Source: a candidate division WWE3 bacterium (GTDB lineage: Bacteria > Patescibacteriota > WWE3 > UBA101185 > UBA10185). Taken from it: a stretch of DNA of 64,000 bases. A program made the position numbers and the translations under genes. Shown here one piece after another: positions 35,965-44,216 of the stretch; position 1 is the stretch's first letter, and each line of letters starts with the position of its first letter. The stretch spans positions 105,569-169,568 of the forward strand of contig JBPOHV010000001.1 of assembly GCA_052035175.1 (NCBI GenBank). Direction: 5' to 3'. The notes under the pieces are model-generated. The model did not search any database. It was not told where the DNA came from and saw only the letters and a program-made list of their open reading frames with translations.

Positions 35965-36948
35965 ATGGATAAACAAGTAGTTATTTCATTTAAAACAGTA
36001 TTGTTTGCAATTTTATCGATTTTAGCGATGTATGTGATTTACAAATTGAAAGCGGTGATAGCTTTGTTGCTCGTGTCAACTTTGTTGGTTATTTCACTTG
36101 AGCCGCTGATCGCAATATTAATGCGTATAACATTTTTTAACAAACCTTTGAGTAGAAATGTCTCAGTTATGCTGTCTTATTTGTTACTTGTTGTTATTTT
36201 GGTAGTCTTTCTGACTATTGGTTGGTCACCTTTATTTACTCAGGCACAGCGCCTTATTAACAGTTTATCTAGCATCGTCCAATTTTATGGTTTTGATAAA
36301 ATCAACAATTTTAGAATTGATTCTCTTTTACCTCAAGCGGCCAGTGTATCGGGGGGGTTATATAACCTAGTAGCGTCTATTTTGTCTAATGTGGCATGGG
36401 TATTTAGCTTTTTTATTATTTCTGTTTACATGTCTTTAGATTGGATAAATATAAAATCTAGATTTGTGAGTGGATTACCAGTCAAGTATCGCTCAGTTGT
36501 GCAAAGCACTATAAAAGAAATAGAAACAAACATAAGTCACTGGTTGAAAGGTCAGTTTATACTTATGTTTGTAGTTGGACTTACAACCTATATAGGCCTT
36601 GTGATTTTGGGCGTCGACTTTCCTTTGGCTTTGGGTCTGATAGCGGGAATGCTAGAGATAGTTCCAATGATGGGACCAATTTTGTCTGCAATAGTGGCTG
36701 CAATCGTTGCTTTTGCCCAAGATCCAATAAAAGGTATTGGGGTTTTGATCTTGTTCACTTTAATTCAACAACTAGAAAATAACATATTGGTACCAAAAAT
36801 AATGCAAAAAGTTAGTGGTTTTAGCCCTTTGGTTGTTTTGTTAGCTTTATTAGTAGGTAGTAACTTTTTTGGGGTTATGGGAGCAATACTGGCTGTACCT
36901 ATTACTATGATAGCAACAATTATCTTAAAAAAGATTTTTAACGATTAA
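35965..36948 (+). CDS. AI-2E family transporter (PerM/UPF0118).
   Basis: Polytopic 327-aa protein; C-terminal LVPKIMQKVSGFSPLVVLLALLVGSNFFGVMGAILAVPI pattern. Confidence 0.7.
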   Translation: MDKQVVISFKTVLFAILSILAMYVIYKLKAVIALLLVSTLLVISLEPLIAILMRITFFNKPLSRNVSVMLSYLLLVVILVVFLTIGWSPLFTQAQRLINSLSSIVQFYGFDKINNFRIDSLLPQAASVSGGLYNLVASILSNVAWVFSFFIISVYMSLDWINIKSRFVSGLPVKYRSVVQSTIKEIETNISHWLKGQFILMFVVGLTTYIGLVILGVDFPLALGLIAGMLEIVPMMGPILSAIVAAIVAFAQDPIKGIGVLILFTLIQQLENNILVPKIMQKVSGFSPLVVLLALLVGSNFFGVMGAILAVPITMIATIILKKIFND

Positions 36949-36960
36949 AAATAAAGTGTA

Positions 36961-37342
36961 GGAAACCGATAAGCCAGATTCTGTGTAATACAGTTGCCTG
37001 TATTAACTGACAATCTATCTATGCTCCATCTTTATACCGTACCCATAGTTTGAGCTTGCGCTGACTTTGGGTGTTCTCGAGCTAAGTATAACGGTAAATT
37101 CGTGGATTGCTGCAGGTGGGATTGCCCGTTTCACCCCCGCCAAGTTCTACTTACGTAGCCATGCGGGACTCGTCTCTGTTGCTCTCAAATAGTGTCAATT
37201 CACTATTTGCCCCTCCGTGGCCTGCTTGCGCAGTCAGGCGGGGACCAGCGCTTACGCGTCGGAGGTTACCCTCCGTCCCTTGCTCTATGCAGTCTGGACT
37301 TTCCTCTCCCACCGAGATGGCGGGAGTAGTCAGTTGGTTTCC
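36961..37342 (-). ncRNA. rnpB: RNase P RNA (bacterial type A).
   Basis: The minus-strand read contains GAGGAAAGTCCAGACTGCATAGAGCAAGGGACGGAGGGTAACCTCCG (P4/CR-I), GGGTGAAACGG, and the 3' ...ACAGAATCTGGCTTATCGGTTTCC (P4 3' strand). P1 pairs GGAAACC with GGTTTCC. The segment is GC-rich. Confidence 0.85.
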
Positions 37343-37424
37343 TACGCCGGTATTGTATCGCTATTTGGTTACTTAAGCCAATCTTATCAACTTCATCTTT
37401 TGGTTATTATGCTAATATTATTTT

Positions 37425-38432
37425 ATGGTCGAATCAGATATTGTAGAATCTCCTTTGAAATCAAAAAATGCTTTAATTTTTAAGGTTTTAGCAATATTAT
37501 TTGCTGTTTGTGTTTTGGTTGTTTTGGGGTGCGGATTTTATTATCAAAGCTTAATTATTTCATCAAACTCTTTGGGTGAGGTTAGTTTCAAGATTTCTAG
37601 CGGAGAAAGCGTTTCAGCAATTGCCAATCGTTTACAAAATGAAAAAATAATAAACTCGGCCGTTATATTTCGTCTTCATATAAAGCTTAGTGGTCTGGAC
37701 AATAAAATACAAGCCGGCGACTATACTATTATGCCAAATGCAACAATTGTTAGTTTAGCAGAACTATTTCAGCATGGAACAAATGATGTAAAACTTACAT
37801 TTATAGAAGGGTGGCGTTTGGAGCAATTTGCAAAATATGCAGATGAGCAGCTTGATTCAGTTCTTTATGATGAGTTTATGCAAGCGGCCCAAGATAAAGA
37901 AGGTTTCCTTTTTCCAGATACTTATTTTGTTTCTGGTGATATAGATGCGACGGCATTAGTGCATTTGTTAGCCGTAACGTTTGATGAGCGTGTACAACCT
38001 TTGTTTTCTCAAGAAAATTTACAAAGAGTAGATCTATCTCCTAAAGAGGTAGTTATTTTAGCTTCTTTGATAGAAAGAGAAGCTAAAAGTTTTGAGGATC
38101 GCAAAGTGATTGCAGGTATTTTATTGAAGCGCCTTCGTGAAGGAATGCGTCTAGAAGTTGATGCTACTACACAATACGTTGTCGGTAACTCAGATGATTG
38201 GTGGCCTCATGATTTGACGCTAGATGATTTGAACAATGAAAGTCCTTTTAATACAAGAGTAAATTTTGGTTTACCGCCGTCACCGATTTCTAGTGTGAGT
38301 TTGGATGCTATTACTGCAGTAATCTTTTCGCAGGAATCACCATATTACTTTTATCTCACTGATACTGAAGGTAAGATGCATTATGCTGAAACTTTAGATC
38401 AGCACATAAATAATATCTCTCTTTATCTATGA
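37425..38432 (+). CDS. mltG: Endolytic murein transglycosylase MltG (YceG family).
   Basis: N-terminal TM helix plus a YceG-like domain (GDYTIMPNATIVSLAELFQHG...EREAKSFEDRKVIAGILLKRL). Confidence 0.7.
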   Translation: MVESDIVESPLKSKNALIFKVLAILFAVCVLVVLGCGFYYQSLIISSNSLGEVSFKISSGESVSAIANRLQNEKIINSAVIFRLHIKLSGLDNKIQAGDYTIMPNATIVSLAELFQHGTNDVKLTFIEGWRLEQFAKYADEQLDSVLYDEFMQAAQDKEGFLFPDTYFVSGDIDATALVHLLAVTFDERVQPLFSQENLQRVDLSPKEVVILASLIEREAKSFEDRKVIAGILLKRLREGMRLEVDATTQYVVGNSDDWWPHDLTLDDLNNESPFNTRVNFGLPPSPISSVSLDAITAVIFSQESPYYFYLTDTEGKMHYAETLDQHINNISLYL

Positions 38433-38448
38433 ATAAATTTGCACAGAT

Positions 38449-38904
38449 TCAGATATAGTTTTTGAGTAGTTCTTTTGTTATTTTTATCCCTTCATCGATC
38501 AAAATATTCACATTTATATAAAGCGGAGTGCTGTAAATATCTACCATTTTGAATGCGTCTTCTAGAGTAATATTTATATCTAACAGCTGTGCAGTAGTTT
38601 TAATAGATACATAAGTGTAATACACACCAAATTGTGATAGATATATTTTCACACATTCAATCGATAGTCCTGCTGCTGCTAAAATGCGATTTGTAGTGTT
38701 GTATATGCTTGGTGTAATGTCGTCGCTATCTCGCAGTAAAAATGTGTGGTATTTGTTTGAAAGTTTTATAGGCAACAAAGTTTGTGATTGGCTTTCAAAT
38801 AAATACAGCGTATTTTCAACAACAGCCAAAGCTTCTATCTTTACTAAATATTCTTCATTGTATTCAAGCTTTTCGTTGAGCATGATAGCTTGTATAATAA
38901 ACAT
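38449..38904 (-). CDS. Bifunctional nuclease (BFN/DUF151)-like protein.
   Basis: Size and pattern (TPSIYNT...LEDAFKM...PLYINVNILIDEG) resemble the DUF151 fold; weak. Confidence 0.35.
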   Translation of the reverse strand: MFIIQAIMLNEKLEYNEEYLVKIEALAVVENTLYLFESQSQTLLPIKLSNKYHTFLLRDSDDITPSIYNTTNRILAAAGLSIECVKIYLSQFGVYYTYVSIKTTAQLLDINITLEDAFKMVDIYSTPLYINVNILIDEGIKITKELLKNYI

Positions 38905-38909
38905 GTACT

Positions 38910-39299
38910 ATGATTACATTGCCCAATCAGCCTAAGGTTTTAAAAACAGCTATTTATGTCTTTTTAACTCTTTTTCTAATCTTTGCGTTGTATTTTACAA
39001 ACAAAAGCTTAAATAAAGATGAAATGCCACCAGCCGTACCTGTAGAGCAAAACACTTCTTTAGTATCAAAAACTGGTAAAGTTACTTATATTGACGCACG
39101 CACATATCCTGGGGAAAATATAACTTATTATTTAGCTGATAATTCTGGCAAAAGTATAATCTTATTACGTGCGAATGATGATAAGTTGCATGTCGTAGAA
39201 GGTTTATCGGTTACTGTTAAAGGTACAGTCTCGGCTACTGCAGACGGTAAATCAGAAGTTTTATCTGTAGATGAGGTAACAATAAATGGCAATAATTGA
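38910..39299 (+). CDS. Small membrane-anchored extracytoplasmic protein, translationally coupled to ftsE.
   Basis: TM helix AIYVFLTLFLIFALYF; overlaps the ftsE start by 14 nt. Confidence 0.4.
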   Translation: MITLPNQPKVLKTAIYVFLTLFLIFALYFTNKSLNKDEMPPAVPVEQNTSLVSKTGKVTYIDARTYPGENITYYLADNSGKSIILLRANDDKLHVVEGLSVTVKGTVSATADGKSEVLSVDEVTINGNN

Positions 39300-39966
39300 A
39301 TTTGTTGATGTCACAAAAGAATATGCAGGCGGCTATAAAGCTTTGGATGGTGTTTCATTTAGTGTTGATCCAGGTGAATTTGTGTTTGTAGTAGGTCCTT
39401 CTGGCGCCGGTAAATCAACATTGGTAAAACTATTGATAAAAGAAGACAAACCTGCAGCTGGCGATATATTTTTTGATGGCCAAAGTATACTAAGCGTAGA
39501 ACGCGCCAATGTACCTGCGCTTCGTCGTCGTGTTGGGGTCGTTTTTCAAGATTTCAAATTGCTTGATTCAAAAAATGTTTTTGATAATGTTGCAATCGCA
39601 TTGGATGTAGTAAATGCAAGTGCTGATGATATAAGAAATATAGTTCCCAATGTGCTTAGTATGGTAGGTCTTTTGGATAAAGCTGATAAATACCCAAAAC
39701 AGTTGTCAGGAGGAGAAAAGCAACGTATTTCTATAGCACGTGCAATTGCGCACGAGCCTGATGTACTAGTAGCAGATGAACCTACAGGCATGATCGACCT
39801 TGTTGCCGCCGAGGAAGTTATCGAAATCTTTGATCGAATTAATGCTTTGGGTACAACTATATTTATGGCAACACACGATAAAAAAATTGTTGATGCTCTA
39901 AAAAAGCGTGTAATTCGTTTGGAAAACGGCAAAATTGTTTCAGACAAGCAGAAAGGTACTTATTAA
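39286..39966 (+). CDS. ftsE: Cell-division ATP-binding protein FtsE.
   Basis: Walker A GPSGAGKST, ABC signature LSGGEKQR, Walker B VLVADEPT; about 226 aa. Confidence 0.8.
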   Translation: MAIIEFVDVTKEYAGGYKALDGVSFSVDPGEFVFVVGPSGAGKSTLVKLLIKEDKPAAGDIFFDGQSILSVERANVPALRRRVGVVFQDFKLLDSKNVFDNVAIALDVVNASADDIRNIVPNVLSMVGLLDKADKYPKQLSGGEKQRISIARAIAHEPDVLVADEPTGMIDLVAAEEVIEIFDRINALGTTIFMATHDKKIVDALKKRVIRLENGKIVSDKQKGTY

Positions 39967-39967
39967 T

Positions 39968-40855
39968 ATGGCAAAGCTTTGGTCGCGCGTAAAATCAAAT
40001 ATTAAAAATGAAAAGTTGTTAAATGTTTCTAATTTCTTGGTTCTTACTTTGTCTTTTTTTATTTTAGGTTTATTTATAAGCGTTGTAGTGGGTTCACAAA
40101 CTGCATTAAGGAAGTTGGAGTCTCAAGCCCAAATAACAGTTTATTTTAAAGATGATTTTCCAGCTGAAAAAATTTTGCAATTACAATCTACAATAACTCA
40201 AGACGCGCGAGTTGACTCTGTTGAATATATTTCGAAAGAAGCTGCATATAAATTGTTTAAAGAAATAAATAAAGATGAACCAATCTTATTAGATTCAGTT
40301 TCTGCGAGTATTTTGCCAGCAAGCTTGGAAATACGTACAAAAGATTTGTCAGATCTATCGGTGCTAGCCAGTGAATATGCAAAAGTAGATGGTGTTGAGG
40401 ACGTAAAGCATTTTGATGATGTAGTTAGCAGGTTTAGATTTTGGAGTGGTGTAGTTTATGTTATCGGGTTTGCACTTGTTGGTGTATTCTTTGTTATTTC
40501 ATATGCTGTAGTTCTAGCGACTCTAAGGGCAACTATTAATTCAAAAGGTGTGGAGTATGAAATTATGAAACTTGTTGGTGCGACTGATGCTTATGTTAAA
40601 CAACCCATACTTTATCAAGGTACTACTTTGGGGATTTTATCAGGGTTAACCGCAGGATTGTTGCTGACACTTATTACTGCTGCGCTTTATTTTGCTGGAA
40701 TATTAAAAGAAGGTTTATCTTTTGCTTTTCTTTATGGAGTAAGTATTCACCCAATACTTTATAGTTTGATACTCACATTAATCTTGGTTTTATCTGGTGT
40801 AATGCTAGGAATTCTAGGTAGCAAAATAGCTATTAAGAGATATTTGGATTACTAG
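39968..40855 (+). CDS. ftsX: Cell-division permease-like protein FtsX.
   Basis: N-terminal TM helix, large extracytoplasmic loop, three C-terminal TM helices; immediately follows ftsE. Confidence 0.65.
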   Translation: MAKLWSRVKSNIKNEKLLNVSNFLVLTLSFFILGLFISVVVGSQTALRKLESQAQITVYFKDDFPAEKILQLQSTITQDARVDSVEYISKEAAYKLFKEINKDEPILLDSVSASILPASLEIRTKDLSDLSVLASEYAKVDGVEDVKHFDDVVSRFRFWSGVVYVIGFALVGVFFVISYAVVLATLRATINSKGVEYEIMKLVGATDAYVKQPILYQGTTLGILSGLTAGLLLTLITAALYFAGILKEGLSFAFLYGVSIHPILYSLILTLILVLSGVMLGILGSKIAIKRYLDY

Positions 40856-41796
40856 TATGCAATTGTGTATACACGGTGATAAGGCTTTGGCTTGTTAAGA
40901 GTTTGCGATTTTAACCATAGCACGCTATCTAAATCGGTTGCGTTTTTTATCTTTCCCATTTCTGCAAGTCTTTTTTGTAAATATTCAATTGCAAGCACAT
41001 TTGACATTCTAATCTCATTTTCTTCTTTAGAATCTTTTTTTAACAATTCCATTGTGTCAACTTTATTTGCAAGTGATTCAGCATAATTCAAAATTTTCAT
41101 TTCTCTCATAATTTGTGGGATTTTATAATCAGCTATAGCCGTAAGCTTGTCGACATTTGTTAATCTTTTGTGATTGTATATTTGCAATGTGTCGTCTGTC
41201 ATTTTTACTTGAAGTTGAGCACGTTTGTAAAAAGCTATATCTTGACCTTTGTAATTTGAGATATCATTAAACCCTGGCATTTTTGTTACTAAGTTCTCCA
41301 GTAAGGTTGTTGCATCATAGTTAGAAGCTTCTACCATATTAAAATATGCGCCATCATAAGTTTCTTTTAAAGCCAATCCAACTTCACGCATCAATTGAAG
41401 TCTTTCATTTATCATTGGGATTTCTACATTGCCTAGAAAAATTCGCTTAATATCAGAAAGTGTAAGTTCTGATAAATAATCTGCAGAGAGTAGATTTTGA
41501 TTATCAGCAATTTCTTTGTCGAGGCAATATGCGAGTGCAACTGATCCATCAAGATTATCAACAGTCCACTTTGGTTTATCTTTTTCTGCCCAAAAACAAA
41601 ATGTTTGTGTATTAAAAACAAGTATTTCTTGCAATAAATCTTCCAAGTTATTTGTTGATTTTAGAAATGCTGATGGTTTGAAATCTATATCTTCGTGAAG
41701 AGTCTCTTGAACTAATTTATCGATCGCTATGTAGTCGATAGTAACTTGTTCGAATTTTTCTTTCGTTTTTTTAATACTATCAAGAACATTGATCAT
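40852..41796 (-). CDS. Qng1/DUF2419-like queuosine-salvage protein (queuosine 5'-phosphate N-glycosylase/hydrolase family).
   Basis: Motifs FYKRAQL and ADYKIPQ match my recollection of conserved DUF2419 motifs (human QNG1 GFYKKAQ / ADYxVPQ); about 314 aa. Confidence 0.5.
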   Translation of the reverse strand: MINVLDSIKKTKEKFEQVTIDYIAIDKLVQETLHEDIDFKPSAFLKSTNNLEDLLQEILVFNTQTFCFWAEKDKPKWTVDNLDGSVALAYCLDKEIADNQNLLSADYLSELTLSDIKRIFLGNVEIPMINERLQLMREVGLALKETYDGAYFNMVEASNYDATTLLENLVTKMPGFNDISNYKGQDIAFYKRAQLQVKMTDDTLQIYNHKRLTNVDKLTAIADYKIPQIMREMKILNYAESLANKVDTMELLKKDSKEENEIRMSNVLAIEYLQKRLAEMGKIKNATDLDSVLWLKSQTLNKPKPYHRVYTIAY

Positions 41797-42203
41797 AATA
41801 CTATCTTTGTTAAATCGCCGTTTAAGATACTAGGTTGCATTCCTATTATTTCTGGTGAGTATTGCATATTAGGAATAGGATTTAATAAGAATATCTTTTT
41901 ATCATTTACAAAAGCGAACCCCAGTTCTAAAAGTGTGTTTCCACCGATATAGTTTTCGATTCCATTCTTATCATAATTTAACACAAGTATTGCATCTGAT
42001 TTTAATATTTTGTCATGATGTCTTTTTATTAGGTTGTGTTCTATTTTGCGAGATCCGTCTTCTTCACTAATATCAGATTTCTTTTCTCCTTCTGCAAATC
42101 CGACTGGTATATACACTTGCTTGATTCCCATTGATAGTAATTGCTCTTGCACTTTTATCATTTGATCCATAAATACAATACTTCCACAAATTGTAATTGT
42201 CAT
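41793..42203 (-). CDS. Nucleoside 2-deoxyribosyltransferase-like protein.
   Basis: GGNTLLELGFA resembles the NDT-family DSGTAFEIGYA motif; 136-aa Rossmann-like. Confidence 0.45.
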   Translation of the reverse strand: MTITICGSIVFMDQMIKVQEQLLSMGIKQVYIPVGFAEGEKKSDISEEDGSRKIEHNLIKRHHDKILKSDAILVLNYDKNGIENYIGGNTLLELGFAFVNDKKIFLLNPIPNMQYSPEIIGMQPSILNGDLTKIVL

Positions 42204-42204
42204 T

Positions 42205-42915
42205 TTAAAACCTTTCTGTATTAATTAGCTTTTCTTCAAATGTAGTATTTCCGTCAAACGTTTTGTAAGCATTGTAAAAGTCCCAAAATTCTTCGAGTGG
42301 GGGATTAACTTTTTGTTTGAGATCGGATTCTTTTATCCACTCAAATATTCCTTCATTAGTGTTTTGTAAATCACCAGTTGGGTTATTAAATATAAATGCA
42401 TGCATAAGTTTATCTTCAACTAGCTTTTCATTCGAATAAACTACGTAATGTTTGATTGCGCATAATTGTGGTGTGCCAGTTAAATTAGTTTCTTCGTGAA
42501 GTCCTCTTGCTGCTGCGTCTGTAAATGTTTCTCCCCAAAATGGCTTTTCTGTAGCAAATCCGAAACACCCATAAAATGGGTTTTTTAATCTTTTATATAT
42601 TAAAAATTCAAGTTCGTTATTTTGTCTTCGTACTGGTATTAACACAGTGGTCGCTTTAACGCGCTCTTCTATTTTATTTGCTTCGGTTGTAATACGATTT
42701 GCAAATTCTTTTCCGGTGTCAGTTAGTGCATATGTGTCGTCGCCTTTTTTTATAAAGTCAGCCTCAATTAGTTTAGTGAGATGAAATACAAATTGTGCTG
42801 GTTCCATTTCTAGTGGTTTTATTTCTGAATATCTAGCAGACTTTCTGAACAAAAGATTTTTTAGTATTTCTATTTGGGTTTGATGCAACTGTTTCATTAA
42901 GTGGAGTATATACAA
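42205..42915 (-). CDS. Winged-helix plus Nudix hydrolase fusion protein (reversed NrtR-like architecture).
   Basis: N-terminal wHTH; Nudix box GETFTDAAARGLHEETNL (Gx5Ex7REuxEExGu). Confidence 0.55.
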   Translation of the reverse strand: MYILHLMKQLHQTQIEILKNLLFRKSARYSEIKPLEMEPAQFVFHLTKLIEADFIKKGDDTYALTDTGKEFANRITTEANKIEERVKATTVLIPVRRQNNELEFLIYKRLKNPFYGCFGFATEKPFWGETFTDAAARGLHEETNLTGTPQLCAIKHYVVYSNEKLVEDKLMHAFIFNNPTGDLQNTNEGIFEWIKESDLKQKVNPPLEEFWDFYNAYKTFDGNTTFEEKLINTERF

Positions 42916-42964
42916 GTTTTTATGAGGAGAAAAGTAAAGTCGAGTTTACTAGGCTATTGATCGG

Positions 42965-43006
42965 GCAGGAGCCCCGCCTGTTTGCCCAGATAGACGGGGC
43001 TCCTGC
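42965..43006. terminator. Perfect 12-bp GC-rich hairpin (GCAGGAGCCCCG/CGGGGCTCCTGC) at the boundary between the native operon and the GC-rich islet.
   Basis: Inverted repeat read directly; no clear U-tract. Confidence 0.3.
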
Positions 43007-43011
43007 TTGTG

Positions 43012-43413
43012 TCATGGTCGATACACATTAAATGTGTACCAGTTCCCATCAGTGGGAACTAGTATCGCATAGTGTGTATCTTGCAGCTGACGTATCTCAG
43101 CTGCGTTTTTTTCGCCAGGTTCAACCCTGGCGTTAGAAATTTTGAAATACAGGACTCCAGGCTTATCGCCTGGGTTGCCTGTAATTTCAAATTCTGGCAC
43201 ATAAGGTGTGCCAGAGACGCCTGCACTCTTCAGAGTGCAGCGTTGTTTCTCGAGATCGCAGCGGACAGCTAGCGGTTGATATTTTCCATAGTCGATGACT
43301 ATGGAAGTATTGCTACTTATCTGCACAGTTGTAGGGCCAAATTTGGCCGCTACAACCGCCACTCCTGCTGAAAGAAATATCAGCAGTAGGACAATAGGTG
43401 TCAAACTTTTCAT
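43012..43413 (-). CDS. GC-rich small secreted hypothetical protein.
   Basis: RBS AAGGAGAG. Signal peptide MKSLTPIVLLLIFLSAGVAVVAAKF. About 50% GC. Confidence 0.5.
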   Translation of the reverse strand: MKSLTPIVLLLIFLSAGVAVVAAKFGPTTVQISSNTSIVIDYGKYQPLAVRCDLEKQRCTLKSAGVSGTPYVPEFEITGNPGDKPGVLYFKISNARVEPGEKNAAEIRQLQDTHYAILVPTDGNWYTFNVYRP

Positions 43414-43521
43414 AGCGTCTCTCCTTTTTTTTAAATTCTTTTTTTCTGGATGTTTAAAATTGCTATTCTCACTGTATAGCTATAGGGTTAAAAATGCAAA
43501 GTGGTAGATGTTGTATGACCA

Positions 43522-43553
43522 AGAGAGGGTTGGGAGCAACCCTCTCTTTTTTG
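43522..43553 (+). terminator. Rho-independent terminator: 10-bp stem, 6-nt loop, T6.
   Basis: AGAGAGGGTT-GGGAGC-AACCCTCTCT-TTTTTT, 7 nt from the stop of the minus-strand lipoprotein gene. The U-tract is on the plus strand only. Confidence 0.5.
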
Positions 43554-43559
43554 CTGGCG

Positions 43560-44081
43560 TCACTGCGGATAAAGCGGTGGCATCACAATAAAGTAGTTTA
43601 AGATCTCCATCTCAGAGATCTCTACTATTGTAGTGCCCTCACTACTGTGCATGACCAATGCTGGTGTGGAGACGACCTCACCTGTATCAAAGAAAGTCAT
43701 CATCGCCAAGCCCGGTGTTTCGAGTGAAAATTCGATGCCCTCAGTTGTTTCCAGACCAGAAATCTTTTCGAAGTTTGGATATTCTTGAAACAATGATGCA
43801 ACACATTCTGCTTTCTCATCTTGGGTTGTACACCCAACAATGAAAACAGCCATCTCGTCACTTTGTGGGACTACAAAAGTTGTGCCACCGAGAATCACCA
43901 AATACTCGCCAGGGTTAAGGGACTGTGGCGTAGCAGTTGGTTCTGTAGTGGCTGTGGGTGAAGGCATTGGTGTTTCGGTCGGCGACGGCGTAGCCGTCGC
44001 TTCAGGCATCGGTCTAAAAAATCCGCATGCCATTAAGGCTAAGAATATTAAACTTAGCCAGACTGGAAGCTTGTTTTTCAT
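43560..44081 (-). CDS. GC-rich putative lipoprotein with a Pro/Thr-rich linker.
   Basis: RBS AAGGAG. Signal peptide plus lipobox-like LALMAC. PSPTETPMPSPTATTEPTATP linker. Confidence 0.5.
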   Translation of the reverse strand: MKNKLPVWLSLIFLALMACGFFRPMPEATATPSPTETPMPSPTATTEPTATPQSLNPGEYLVILGGTTFVVPQSDEMAVFIVGCTTQDEKAECVASLFQEYPNFEKISGLETTEGIEFSLETPGLAMMTFFDTGEVVSTPALVMHSSEGTTIVEISEMEILNYFIVMPPLYPQ

Positions 44082-44216
44082 GGGTAGGCTCCTTTTCTAA
44101 TGAAAAACGGTTGGAATTGATGTAGGAAATATATCAGAGTGCTAAACAAAAAGAAACTATAGGACCTGTAGGTAAATTGCCCAATAGTTTGCAATGATAT
44201 AATGACCTAGTTAAAT

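Noticed and set aside
37107-37483. Two overlapping plus-strand ORFs (89 and 88 aa) from the ORF track.
   Set aside because: They lie inside the GC-rich RNase P RNA gene (minus strand). They are Pro/Arg/Ser-rich translation artefacts of a structured RNA.
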